Source: an uncultured bacterium
GTDB taxonomy: Bacteria; Patescibacteriota; Minisyncoccia; Phycocordibacterales; Zambryskibacteraceae
Length of the DNA stretch: 64,000 nt
Direction: 5' to 3'
Assembly (NCBI GenBank): GCA_963789635.1
Contig: CAWBLF010000003.1
Location: forward strand, 204,364 to 268,363
The notes under the pieces were generated by a model. That model saw nothing but the letters and a program-made list of their open reading frames with translations, made no database searches and had not been told where the DNA came from. Of the stretch, positions 25,356 to 35,048 are shown piece by piece; position 1 is the stretch's first letter; every line of letters begins with the position of its first letter. A program made the position numbers and the translations under genes.

Positions 25356-25637
25356 ATGTCTAACGCGCCGAGGACAATTTTTGTCGAGCCGTGTGATGGG
25401 TACACGAACCAGGTCATAGCGACCCAATTACTCACGGAAGAGGAACATTTTTATCGGGACAAGCTGGCAAATGACGGGTCGGAACATTCGGTCTGGGAGT
25501 TTGACCATACGAACCTGCGTAAACTCATGACACTTTTGTACAATACCGAGGCCCGATTTTATCTCTTTCGGGAAAACGGCGCAGGTAGACTGGTATCAGT
25601 TTCCAGAGTGAAAATCCTGTATCCCAACGTACGATGA
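25356..25637 (+). CDS. orphan hypothetical protein
   Basis: Start at the ATG preceded by GGAGGA (track start 25314); relatively GC-rich; terminator follows. Confidence 0.45.
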   Translation: MSNAPRTIFVEPCDGYTNQVIATQLLTEEEHFYRDKLANDGSEHSVWEFDHTNLRKLMTLLYNTEARFYLFRENGAGRLVSVSRVKILYPNVR

Positions 25638-25656
25638 GTTGAAGATTAAAAATAAT

Positions 25657-25690
25657 TTGCCGCATGAGCGAGTCTCATGCGGCAAATTTT
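25657..25690 (+). terminator. rho-independent terminator
   Basis: ttgccgcatgag cgagt ctcatgcggcaa, then atttt. Confidence 0.75.
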
Positions 25691-25762
25691 GCTATAATCA
25701 TTGAAAATCATGGAAAGAAATAAAAATTTTTTGGGTATAAAAAAGTTTGCCGAGCGGGTGAC

Positions 25763-25996
25763 GTGATATCGTCCGTGATCATCCCAAAGGGCAAAACCAT
25801 GAGCTATTCTGAAGTCGCAAAAAGGGCCGGAAGCCCAGGGGCGGCACGCGCCGTCGGCAATATTATGGCTAATAACTTTGATAAATCTGTGCCATGTCAT
25901 CGAGTCATCTGCGCCAATGGAAAAATCGGTCGTTATAATCGTGGAGGAGAAAGCCGTAAACGAAGTTTGTTAATAAAAGAAGGAGTAAAAATCTAG
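25763..25996 (+). CDS. MGMT/Ogt-family DNA-binding domain protein (methylated-DNA--protein-cysteine methyltransferase-like); 5' end uncertain
   Basis: IPKGKTMSYSEVA...AARAVGN...VPCHRVI active-site motif. The expected N-terminal helix (MERNKNFLGIKKFAERV) lies in another frame, from the ATG at 25710. Confidence 0.7.
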   Translation: MISSVIIPKGKTMSYSEVAKRAGSPGAARAVGNIMANNFDKSVPCHRVICANGKIGRYNRGGESRKRSLLIKEGVKI

Positions 25997-26071
25997 CTTT
26001 AGTGCTGACTTCTGAGATTTGCGCCGGTTACAAATAAACTTGTATAAGTGGACTAGTGGTATAATAGTGTT

Positions 26072-26875
26072 ATGTATATCCTCTTTGATATCGGTGGCAC
26101 AAAAACACGGATAGCAAAAACAGATTCGATTGACAGTTTCAATGAACCGATAGTTTTTGATACGCCACAAAAGTATGAAGAAGGCGTGGCTCTCATAAAG
26201 AAAACTATCCTGTCACTTTCCAAAGGAGATCAAATTCAAAAAATTGTCGGTGGAATAGCGGGACCGTTTAGCCAAAAAAGCGGAACCATGATTGAAAGTC
26301 ATAACTTGAGTGATTGGACAAATAAATCGTTTAAGTTTGAGCTCGCAAATTTTTTTCATACAACAGTATTTATGGATAACGAGGCGGCGATGAGTGGTCT
26401 CGGAGAAGCGGTTTTTGGCGCCGGCAAAGGTTTTTCTATTGTTGCCTACATTACAGTATCGACTGGGGTCGGTGGCGCGCGAATTGTCAACGGAGCGATT
26501 GACGAACGAACGATTGGTTTTGAACCGGGTAAGCAAATTATGGACGAACAAGGACTTATTCTTGAGGACATTATTTCCGGCAGGGCTGTGGAAGAAAGAC
26601 TTGGCAAAAAACCACAGGAAATTAATGATCCGGTTTTCTGGGACTCGATGGCCAAATCTTTGGCATTCGGTTTAAATAATGTCGTTGTAGACTGGTCGCC
26701 CGATGTTGTCGTTCTTGGAGGTTCAATGTTAAAGACGGTTGGTATTCCGGTGGACGCCGTAGAAAATTATCTAAAAGAAACACTAAAGGTATTTCCAGAA
26801 ATTCCTCAAATAAAGAAGGCAGTGCTAGGTGATCTCGCAGGTTTGTATGGCGCTTTGGCATACTTAAGAAAATAG
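26072..26875 (+). CDS. ROK-family sugar kinase (glucokinase-like)
   Basis: LFDIGGTKTRIA N-terminal ATPase motif; DNEAAMSGLGE; actin-fold kinase length. Confidence 0.7.
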   Translation: MYILFDIGGTKTRIAKTDSIDSFNEPIVFDTPQKYEEGVALIKKTILSLSKGDQIQKIVGGIAGPFSQKSGTMIESHNLSDWTNKSFKFELANFFHTTVFMDNEAAMSGLGEAVFGAGKGFSIVAYITVSTGVGGARIVNGAIDERTIGFEPGKQIMDEQGLILEDIISGRAVEERLGKKPQEINDPVFWDSMAKSLAFGLNNVVVDWSPDVVVLGGSMLKTVGIPVDAVENYLKETLKVFPEIPQIKKAVLGDLAGLYGALAYLRK

Positions 26876-26936
26876 ATTTTATTTTATAAACAGCAAAAAT
26901 AGCTTTTTGTTTCGCAGTTCGTTATAGTTTTGTCCT

Positions 26937-27935
26937 ATGTCGCTATCCATCGGTATTGTCGGGCTTCCAAATGTGGGCAAATCAACGCTGTTCAACGCGC
27001 TGACCAAAAAATCCGTGCCTGCGGAAAATTATCCTTTTTGCACCATTGATCCATCTGTCGGTATCGTGCCGGTGCCAGACCCGAGATTGGATAAATTATC
27101 CAAATTTAGCAATTCGGCCAAAACTATTCCCGCAGTGGTGGAATTTGTGGACATTGCCGGTCTGGTGAAGGGCGCTTCGGAAGGAGAAGGTCTTGGCAAT
27201 AAATTTCTTTCCAATATCCGCGAAGTGGATGCCATAGCCGAAATGGTGAGAGTGTTTGAAGACCCAGACATCATTCATGTTGCAGGAAAAATTGACCCAT
27301 TGTTTGATATTGAAATAATTAATTTTGAATTAATTGCGGCAGATTTGCAGACTGTGACCAAGCGACTTGATACATTGGGCAAAGATGTAAAGGCTGGAAA
27401 CAAAGATGCGATTGGTCAACACTCGGTGTTGACCAAGGTTAAACCAATACTTGAAGCGGGCAAGCTTGCGTCAGGCGCTATGCTCAGTGAAGAAGAGACT
27501 CTTGTTCTGAAAGGTCTTCATCTTCTGACTACTAAGCCGTTTCTATATGTGCTAAACACTTCTGAAGCGGGAGAGAAAGCGCTTAATGATTTTACAAAGA
27601 TTCCCGGCGCGTATGTAGAAGTGGACCCAATTTTCGGTACTGGCATGGATAATTTGATTACCGAAAGTTACAAGCTTCTCAATTTGATGACATACTTTAC
27701 TACCGGTGAAGATGAGACAAGGGCGTGGACAATACCAGTCGGTTCAACAGCACCAGAGGCCGGAACCGCTATTCACACGGATTTCAAAGATAAATTTATT
27801 CGGGCTGAGGTCATTGAGTGGGACAAGCTTCTTGAAGCAGGTTCTTATGGGAAAGCGCGAGAGAAAGGCTGGGTGCGAACAGAAGGCAAAGATTATATTG
27901 TGAAGGATGGTGATGTCGTAGAGTTCAAAATCTAG
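26937..27935 (+). CDS. ychF: ribosome-binding ATPase YchF
   Basis: GIVGLPNVGKSTLFNALT, NYPFCTIDP, DIAGLVKGAS, C-terminal TGS-like GKDYIVKDGDVVEFKI. Confidence 0.9.
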   Translation: MSLSIGIVGLPNVGKSTLFNALTKKSVPAENYPFCTIDPSVGIVPVPDPRLDKLSKFSNSAKTIPAVVEFVDIAGLVKGASEGEGLGNKFLSNIREVDAIAEMVRVFEDPDIIHVAGKIDPLFDIEIINFELIAADLQTVTKRLDTLGKDVKAGNKDAIGQHSVLTKVKPILEAGKLASGAMLSEEETLVLKGLHLLTTKPFLYVLNTSEAGEKALNDFTKIPGAYVEVDPIFGTGMDNLITESYKLLNLMTYFTTGEDETRAWTIPVGSTAPEAGTAIHTDFKDKFIRAEVIEWDKLLEAGSYGKAREKGWVRTEGKDYIVKDGDVVEFKI

Positions 27936-28084
27936 CAAGATTTTGAACCGAGATCCTGAGCTTGTGAAGGGTGGTTAGAGTTCAAAATCTAGCAAGATTT
28001 TGAACCGAGATCCTGAGCGTAACGTAGTATGACGGAGTTTAAGATTTAAACGAATTCGACCATCCTGAGCGTAGCGTAGTATAT
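27898..28084 (+). repeat. tandem repeats duplicating the 3' end of ychF and its hairpin
   Basis: Unit 1 at 27898-27961, unit 2 at 27962-28018 (57 nt, near-identical), degenerate unit 3 at 28019-28070, then a partial unit. Units 1 and 2 contain gttcaaaatc/gattttgaac; unit 3 keeps only a degenerate remnant. Confidence 0.85.
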
Positions 28085-28115
28085 ATTGAGTTAAAATTTG
28101 ATATAATTGATAATC

Positions 28116-28652
28116 ATGCCAAACCAAAAATCACGCGTTCTAAAATGGTCACTTATTTTCGGTATCGTTATTGTTATAAATCTTTTTTTCAATTACACAC
28201 TGTCTTTGGTCTATCAAGAACCTCAGTATGAAGCATTTTGCCCTAACAATGCGCAAGTAGTCCCTACGGCTACATCCCAATCCGAATGTTTGGCTCAAGG
28301 TGGACAATGGAACGGAACTATGTATCAGCCGGCTTCGGCCGACAAGACAGTTCCCGCCGGATATTGCGACCTCAATTTTACCTGTGGCAACAATTTTCAA
28401 GATGCTCAGAGAGTGTATGATCGCAATGTTTTTATTACACTTGTTTTGCTAGGTGCACTATGTGTGGCAGCAGGAAATTTTCTCAAGGGAAATACACTTC
28501 TCGGTCAAGCACTTTCACTTTCAGGTGTTCTCTCGTTTGTGGTGGCATCGATGCGATATTGGTCATACGCTGACAATTTGGTAAAGGTGGTCATTCTAGC
28601 GATTGCTCTTGCGATTTTGATTGCCGTCGCCTTAAAAAAGTTTAAGGACTAA
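28116..28652 (+). CDS. hypothetical membrane protein with Cys-containing extracytoplasmic segment
   Basis: N- and C-terminal TM helices; start set at the ATG at 28116, 8 nt after a TGaTATAAT box (track start 28107). Confidence 0.55.
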   Translation: MPNQKSRVLKWSLIFGIVIVINLFFNYTLSLVYQEPQYEAFCPNNAQVVPTATSQSECLAQGGQWNGTMYQPASADKTVPAGYCDLNFTCGNNFQDAQRVYDRNVFITLVLLGALCVAAGNFLKGNTLLGQALSLSGVLSFVVASMRYWSYADNLVKVVILAIALAILIAVALKKFKD

Positions 28653-28751
28653 AAAATCATTCAGAAAAATAATCCAAGGCGTAACCTTAAGCAAAAAGCA
28701 CGCATCTAGTCTATGTGTGTTTTTTCTTGTATGATTGAAAATAATCAGCCC

Positions 28752-31142
28752 ATGAAATCATACGATCCAGCAAAAATTGAAAAAAAATGGCAAAAAAAGT
28801 GGGAAAAAGAAAAGCTTTTTCACGCTGATAACAATTCAACTAAGCCCAAATACTATTCACTCATAGAGTTTCCATATCCGTCGGGTGACGGTCTGCACGT
28901 AGGTCACCCAAGGCCGTATATCGGCATGGATGTCATTTCACGTAAACGTCGGGCTGAGGGTTTTAATGTTTTGTATCCTATCGGCTGGGACGCCTTTGGA
29001 CTCCCTACTGAAAACTATGCCATCAAGACAGGTAAAGATCCTCGGGAGGTAACCAAAGAAAATACAGATACTTTTCGTAAACAAATCCAATCATTGGGTA
29101 TTTCGTTTGACTGGTCGCGGGAGATAAATACTACCGATCCGGAATATTATCGCTGGACCCAGTGGATGTTTTTGCAATTTTTGAAGGAAGGTTTGGCATA
29201 CAAAGCCAAGATACCTATCAACTGGTGTCCCAAAGACAAGATTGGCCTTGCCAACGAAGAGGTTGTAAACGGACGTTGCGAGCGATGCGGTACTCCAGTG
29301 GAAAAACGTGAAAAGGAGCAATGGATGATGGCTATTACCAAGTACGCCGACAGGCTGGATAAAGATCTTGATATGGTAGACTTTTTGCCACAAATTAAAC
29401 AACAGCAAAGAAATTGGATAGGGAAGAGCGATGGGGCAGAAATAAATTTTCAATTTTTGAACAACACCGACGGACGTCCGACGTCCGTCACGGTATTTAC
29501 CACCAGACCCGATACTATTTTTGGCGCCACTTTTGTCGCGGTATCTCCGGAGTTGGCAAAAACGTGGCTTGATAACGGCTGGTCGGCGGGTGACGAAATA
29601 AAAAAATATGTCAAAGAGACTGTCGATGAAAGACTCAAAGGGGGTTTTGAGGAAAAAGAGAAAAATGGAATAGCTACGGGATTTGGCGCTATCAATCCAG
29701 CCACAAAGGAGGAAATACCTGTTTGGATAGTCAATTACGTGCTCGGCGATGTAGGCACTGGTGCCATTATAGCTGTGCCTGCTCACGATGAACGTGATTT
29801 TGAATTTGCAAAGAAATATAATCTTCCGATTAAATATGTCGTAGCGCCATATTTCTTGGACAGCACAGAAAACAGTAAACCAAGGAGTGATGCTGAAACA
29901 AAAGATAGAACAATTGGTGTAGGAATTGTAAAACATTGGTCAGAAGATAAGTATTTGATGCTTAACTGGAAAAACGGTTGGACTGGATTTATTACTGGAG
30001 GGGTAGAATCCGGTGAGGATTTAGAGAAATCCATTATTCGTGAAATTCAAGAAGAAACTGGTTATACGAATGTTCGTTTTGTGCGCCACTTAGGTGGTCC
30101 GAATGTATCCGATTTTTATGCACCGCACAAAAAATTTAATCAGCATGTTTTCGGTTATGGGATGTACTTGGAGCTTGTTGATGACAAGCAAGAAATAGTG
30201 GCTGACGAAGAACACGCGAAGCATGAGGTTATTTGGGTTGAAAAAAAAGAAGTCCTTCCTTTTCTCAAGAAGGGTTCTCCTATGGGAGATTCACGATATT
30301 CAGAAATGTTTTGGGATAGATTCCAAACTGGTAATTTTGTTTGGACAGGAGATGGTACATTGCTGAATTCAGAGAAATTTGATGGAAAAACTTCTGAAGA
30401 GGCAAAAAAGGAAATTACATACTTTGTCGGAGGAAAAATGGTTACTCGATACAAACTTCGAGACTGGGTTTTTTCTCGACAGCGATATTGGGGTGAGCCG
30501 ATACCGGTCATACATTGTGAGAAATGCGGTATTGTGCCAGTTCCGGAAAAGGATTTGCCTGTAGAACTGCCAAAGGTTAAAAAATATGAGCCCACAGATA
30601 CTGGTGAGTCACCACTAGCCGCCATTGATAAATGGGTAAATGTGAAATGTCCAAAGTGTGGTGGCAATGCGAAACGTGAGACAGATACGATGCCACAATG
30701 GGCAGGTTCCTCCTGGTATTTTCTTCGTTATGCTGACCCAGAAAATAAGAAGGAATTTGCAAGTAAAGAAGCACTCAAATATTGGACACCGGTTGACTGG
30801 TATAACGGAGGGATGGAGCATACCACCCTTCACCTTTTGTATTCACGTTTTTGGAATAAATTTTTGTTTGACCAGGGATTGGTGCCGACATCAGAGCCTT
30901 ACAAAAAAAGAACCTCACACGGATTCATTCTTGGTGAAGGTGGAGAAAAAATGTCTAAATCTCGTGGCAACGTCATCAACCCCGATGATGTGGTGAAGCT
31001 ATATGGCGCCGATACTCTTCGAGTTTACGAAATGTTTATGGGTCCGTTTGAGCAGGCTATCGCGTGGTCAACCGAAAGTATTATCGGATCACGAAGGTTT
31101 TTGGAGAGGGTTTGGAAATTGCGACGAGCGAATAACAAATGA
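28752..31142 (+). CDS. leuS: leucyl-tRNA synthetase, main part (catalytic + CP1 editing + inserted Nudix domain)
   Basis: HVGHPRPY (HIGH), [12 protein letters not shown] and [13 protein letters not shown] (CP1), KMSKSRGN. Likely start is [13 protein letters not shown] at 28752. Ends at a TGA overlapping the next ATG. Confidence 0.9.
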   Translation: MKSYDPAKIEKKWQKKWEKEKLFHADNNSTKPKYYSLIEFPYPSGDGLHVGHPRPYIGMDVISRKRRAEGFNVLYPIGWDAFGLPTENYAIKTGKDPREVTKENTDTFRKQIQSLGISFDWSREINTTDPEYYRWTQWMFLQFLKEGLAYKAKIPINWCPKDKIGLANEEVVNGRCERCGTPVEKREKEQWMMAITKYADRLDKDLDMVDFLPQIKQQQRNWIGKSDGAEINFQFLNNTDGRPTSVTVFTTRPDTIFGATFVAVSPELAKTWLDNGWSAGDEIKKYVKETVDERLKGGFEEKEKNGIATGFGAINPATKEEIPVWIVNYVLGDVGTGAIIAVPAHDERDFEFAKKYNLPIKYVVAPYFLDSTENSKPRSDAETKDRTIGVGIVKHWSEDKYLMLNWKNGWTGFITGGVESGEDLEKSIIREIQEETGYTNVRFVRHLGGPNVSDFYAPHKKFNQHVFGYGMYLELVDDKQEIVADEEHAKHEVIWVEKKEVLPFLKKGSPMGDSRYSEMFWDRFQTGNFVWTGDGTLLNSEKFDGKTSEEAKKEITYFVGGKMVTRYKLRDWVFSRQRYWGEPIPVIHCEKCGIVPVPEKDLPVELPKVKKYEPTDTGESPLAAIDKWVNVKCPKCGGNAKRETDTMPQWAGSSWYFLRYADPENKKEFASKEALKYWTPVDWYNGGMEHTTLHLLYSRFWNKFLFDQGLVPTSEPYKKRTSHGFILGEGGEKMSKSRGNVINPDDVVKLYGADTLRVYEMFMGPFEQAIAWSTESIIGSRRFLERVWKLRRANNK

Positions 31143-31639
31143 CGACTTCGGCAGTATCAAAAGAGGAAAAAACAAAACTGGAATATCTTTTGAATCAGAC
31201 GATTCAAAAGGTGAGTGAAGACATTGAGTCGATGAGATTTAATACAGCTATATCCACCTTGATGATATTTGTAAATGAGTGTGATCGTCACGCCCTTATC
31301 CCATATTCCGTATTTGTCGGCTTTTTGAAAGTGTTAGCGCCATTTGCGCCCCATATTGCCGATGAACTATGGAGCGAGCTTGGTAATTCTGACACGATTC
31401 ATATGGCCGGCTGGCCAAAAGTAGATGCGGGAAAACTGACCTCTGGTACGACGACTATAGCCGTACAAATAAATGGCAAGACTCGGGCGGTCATGAACAC
31501 TCAAAGGGAAAGGGATGAGGCCACTATTATAGCTGAGGCAAAAGGTTTGGATGCAGTTAAAAAATGGATTGACGGCAAAAATATCGTAAAGACGATTTAT
31601 ATACCGGATCGTATCCTTAATATTGTTGTCGGTGAATAA
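31139..31639 (+). CDS. leuS: leucyl-tRNA synthetase, C-terminal anticodon-binding part (separate ORF or frameshift)
   Basis: [40 protein letters not shown] match the LeuRS C-terminus; frame -1 relative to the upstream part, ATGA junction. Confidence 0.85.
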   Translation: MTTSAVSKEEKTKLEYLLNQTIQKVSEDIESMRFNTAISTLMIFVNECDRHALIPYSVFVGFLKVLAPFAPHIADELWSELGNSDTIHMAGWPKVDAGKLTSGTTTIAVQINGKTRAVMNTQRERDEATIIAEAKGLDAVKKWIDGKNIVKTIYIPDRILNIVVGE

Positions 31640-31750
31640 TCTTCCACCCCTTGACTTATTCTTGTCATGGTGATAAAAATGAATACACTAGACAAAAGTC
31701 GGTAAAAAGCTTATAATTATCATTAGCAAAATAAGAAAAGCCAGATTTTT

Positions 31751-32794
31751 ATGAACAGCGCCATTACTATCAAGTTCAAACCAAAACAGGTTACCAAACG
31801 ACTACTCTCAGTTCTTTCTGATCGTGGCCGAGATGTCATTGAAAAGCGATATGGACTTGATGAAACCACCAAACGTATGACGCTTGATGCTATTGGTAAG
31901 AAATACGGCATTACCCGCGAACGTGTTCGCCAGATTGAAAATCACTCTATTATAAATATCAGGAAGTCAAAGGAATTTTCTAAGGAAAGTTTGGCGTTTG
32001 GCCAGCTAAAAGAATATATTAAGTCGCTTGGGGGAGTGGTGTCCGAAGAAGATTTGCTAAAGCACATAAGTCACGACAAAAGCACTCAAAACCATGTTTA
32101 TTTCATGCTCATTGTCGGGGATGAATTTACTAGAGAAAAGGAAGATGACACTTTCAAACATCATTGGCATGTAGATAAAGCGCTTTCAGAAAAAATTCAC
32201 AGCGCATTGAAGAAGTTGTATAGTTCTCTTTCGGACGACGAGCTGGTACTTGAGAATGATATGATTGATTCGTTTTTGGAGTATGTCAAAGACGTTTCAG
32301 ACGAATACAAAAATGACGAGGTCATCAAACGCTGGCTTTCACTTTCAAAAAGAATTGGCAAAAACCCGTTGGGTGAATGGGGAAGAGCCGAATCTCAAAA
32401 TGTGCACGCCAAGGGTATGCGTGACTATGCCTATCTTGTCATTCGCAAGCACGGTTCGCCGATTCACTTTAAAGAAGTGGCCAAAGCTATTACCACATAC
32501 TTCAACAAAAAGGCTCATGTCGCTACCACTCACAATGAGCTTATCAAAGACCCTCGTTTTGTACTTGTCGGCCGTGGACTATATGCTCTTTCTGAATGGG
32601 GCTATATGTCCGGAGTAGTAAAGGATGTCATTAAGAAAATCATAGAGAAGAACGGCCCACTGCCAAAGGATAAGGTGATTGAAAAAGTTCTCAAGGAGCG
32701 TTATGTCAAAGAAAATACGATTCTTGTTAATCTGCAAAATCCAAAGTATTTCTATAAAGACAAGGAAGGCAAGTATCATGTTGTAGAAAAGTAA
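31751..32794 (+). CDS. sigma-70 region-4-like HTH plus HARE-HTH-like DNA-binding protein
   Basis: RMTLDAIGKKYGITRERVRQIENHSI (region 4.2-like). C-terminal YAYLVIRKHGSPIHFKEVAK...FVLVGRGLYALSEWGY is HARE-HTH-like. Confidence 0.6.
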   Translation: MNSAITIKFKPKQVTKRLLSVLSDRGRDVIEKRYGLDETTKRMTLDAIGKKYGITRERVRQIENHSIINIRKSKEFSKESLAFGQLKEYIKSLGGVVSEEDLLKHISHDKSTQNHVYFMLIVGDEFTREKEDDTFKHHWHVDKALSEKIHSALKKLYSSLSDDELVLENDMIDSFLEYVKDVSDEYKNDEVIKRWLSLSKRIGKNPLGEWGRAESQNVHAKGMRDYAYLVIRKHGSPIHFKEVAKAITTYFNKKAHVATTHNELIKDPRFVLVGRGLYALSEWGYMSGVVKDVIKKIIEKNGPLPKDKVIEKVLKERYVKENTILVNLQNPKYFYKDKEGKYHVVEK

Positions 32795-32882
32795 TTTGAG
32801 TGTTACATGGTAAGCAAAATTGCCCACTCGTGGGCTTTTTTGTTGTAGTTTTTGAAAATAAACTACGTTACAATACATACAT

Positions 32883-34124
32883 ATGATTTCATTGTTTTAT
32901 AACGCACTTTTCGCGAATGGCGCTTTGTCTTCTGCCTTTGGCATTTTTTTGTCTTTCGCTTGGTTTTGGCTACCGATTGTTCTCATAAGCTTGTTTTTGG
33001 AAACGTGGTTTAGATATGTGCGCACGAAATACATTATGGAACAAGGATCTGTCCTTCTTGAGCTACGCTTAGCCAAAGAAATGCTCAAATCACCGGTATC
33101 AATGGAGATGGTTTTGGGTGCGTTATCCCAACCCAGTGTCGGAAGCTATTTGGATGTGTTTTTAAAAGGCAGGATTCGCCCATGGTTTTCTCTTGAACTT
33201 GTCTCTTTAGGTGGTGAAGTGCATTTTTATATTTGGGCTCAAAAGAAATGGAAAAACATTATTGAATCGCATATATATTCACAGTTTCCCAATATGGAAA
33301 TTTACGAAGTTCCGGATTATACCTTTGGAATCGAATTTGATCCTGCGAAATTCAATCTTTTCGGCATGCAACTAAAACTAAACAAAGCCGATGTTTATCC
33401 GATAAAGTCATACATTGAATACGGATTAGGCGAAGACCCGGAGGAAGAGGTCAAAGTTGATCCGATCACTCCACTTATTGAGTTTCTCGGGAGTCTCAAA
33501 CCCGGAGAGCAAGCTTGGATACAAATATTGATTCAAGCTCACAGAAAAGAAAATCTCAAGGATCTGCGTATCAACGAAAAACCGGATTGGAAAAAAAGCG
33601 TTAGTAAAGAAATTAAAAAAATTGTTGAAGAACAGTCAATATTTAAAGCCGAAGAAGGCAGAGCTATGACTACTATGTCATTGACGAAGCAACAAATGGA
33701 AGTGGTCACCTCAATCCAAAGAAATGTTGGAAAACCGGCTTTTGAGACCATGATTAGAGGTCTTTATATTGCGCCTATCGAAATATATAATCCGGGAAAT
33801 ATCGCCGGACTGACAGGAGGTTTCAAGCAGTTTGGTTCAGATTATTTGAACAGTTTTTCTCCAAAACTTACAACTTCCTTTGATTATCCATGGCAAGACC
33901 CGACAGGTTCACGATTATCAAAGATAAAGAGATCACTTTTTTATGCTTATAGACAGCGTTCGTTTTTCCACCCGCCGTATAGAAACTACCACGGTAAACA
34001 TTTTATTTTGAGCGCGGAAGAACTTGCGACACTTTTTCATTTTCCTGGAGCTGTGGCTGCCACACCGACCTTGGTTCGTACCCCGTCAAAGAAAGCGGAA
34101 GCGCCGGCCAATATTCCGGTATAG
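32883..34124 (+). CDS. hypothetical membrane-anchored protein
   Basis: 413 aa, two N-terminal TM helices, no recognised motif. Confidence 0.5.
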   Translation: MISLFYNALFANGALSSAFGIFLSFAWFWLPIVLISLFLETWFRYVRTKYIMEQGSVLLELRLAKEMLKSPVSMEMVLGALSQPSVGSYLDVFLKGRIRPWFSLELVSLGGEVHFYIWAQKKWKNIIESHIYSQFPNMEIYEVPDYTFGIEFDPAKFNLFGMQLKLNKADVYPIKSYIEYGLGEDPEEEVKVDPITPLIEFLGSLKPGEQAWIQILIQAHRKENLKDLRINEKPDWKKSVSKEIKKIVEEQSIFKAEEGRAMTTMSLTKQQMEVVTSIQRNVGKPAFETMIRGLYIAPIEIYNPGNIAGLTGGFKQFGSDYLNSFSPKLTTSFDYPWQDPTGSRLSKIKRSLFYAYRQRSFFHPPYRNYHGKHFILSAEELATLFHFPGAVAATPTLVRTPSKKAEAPANIPV

Positions 34125-34136
34125 ACAAATCCAATA

Positions 34137-35012
34137 ATGCCCGAAAAAATACTTCTTATATTATTTGGATTGTTTGTCATTGTCGCTACGGTTTCCGTCA
34201 CACTGGGATCACCTCCAACCCAATTTCCTACAAAGCAAACAATTCATATCGCAGAAGGGACCTCGTTGAACCAGGTTGCGGATGAACTTGTCGGCGTTAA
34301 TGTCATTCGCTCGGCTTTTTTGTTCAAAGCTTTGATAGTTTTACAGAGTGGACAAAAATCAGTAATCGCCGGTGATTATTATTTTGATAAACCGGAAACA
34401 CTCGGTATGATAGCCAGTCGTATGGCGAAAGGCGACTTTCGACTTGTGTCGGTCAAGGTGACTATTCCAGAAGGTTGGACAAATGTTCAAATTGCAAAAT
34501 ATTTGAGCCAGAAATTGTATCGCTTCAATGTGAATTCATTTTTGGCTACCGCTCCACAAGGATATTTATTTCCAGACACATATTATTTTTTCCCTGATAC
34601 CGGTACCAATGGTGTCATCGGTCGGATGGAGGATGTGTTTAACACCAAAACCGCTTCTCTAAAAGAGCAGGTTCAAGCTCAAGGTAAAAACTTTGCAAAC
34701 GTTGTGGTGATAGCGTCTATTCTTGAAGAGGAAGCCAAAACCGTTCAAGACAAAGAGATTATTGCCGGCATTTTGCTTAAAAGGCTTTCTATCGGTATGC
34801 CTCTGCAAGTGGATTCTGCCACCAGCACGTATACAACCAAGGGTTTACCTTTGGTCCCGATTTCAAATCCCGGATTAACCTCACTAGAGGCGGCCTTTAA
34901 CCCGACTCCTACGGATTATTTGTATTATCTTTCGGACCTGTCCGGTAATATTTATTACGCCAAGACTTTTGCGGAACACGAACAGAACAGGATTAAATAT
35001 TTGGGAAAGTAA
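34137..35012 (+). CDS. mltG: endolytic murein transglycosylase MltG (YceG-like)
   Basis: N-terminal TM; IPEGWT, ASILEEEA, LPPxPISNPG-like (LPLVPISNPG) motifs. Confidence 0.85.
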   Translation: MPEKILLILFGLFVIVATVSVTLGSPPTQFPTKQTIHIAEGTSLNQVADELVGVNVIRSAFLFKALIVLQSGQKSVIAGDYYFDKPETLGMIASRMAKGDFRLVSVKVTIPEGWTNVQIAKYLSQKLYRFNVNSFLATAPQGYLFPDTYYFFPDTGTNGVIGRMEDVFNTKTASLKEQVQAQGKNFANVVVIASILEEEAKTVQDKEIIAGILLKRLSIGMPLQVDSATSTYTTKGLPLVPISNPGLTSLEAAFNPTPTDYLYYLSDLSGNIYYAKTFAEHEQNRIKYLGK

Positions 35013-35048
35013 TTTAGTTTTTCCATTTTTTCTGGTAGACTCTCGGTC

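Noticed and set aside
29091-29936. 281-aa minus-strand ORF inside leuS, and 170-aa ORF at 30155-30667
   Set aside because: They are antisense to conserved LeuRS CP1 and catalytic sequence, give low-complexity peptides, and have no start context.
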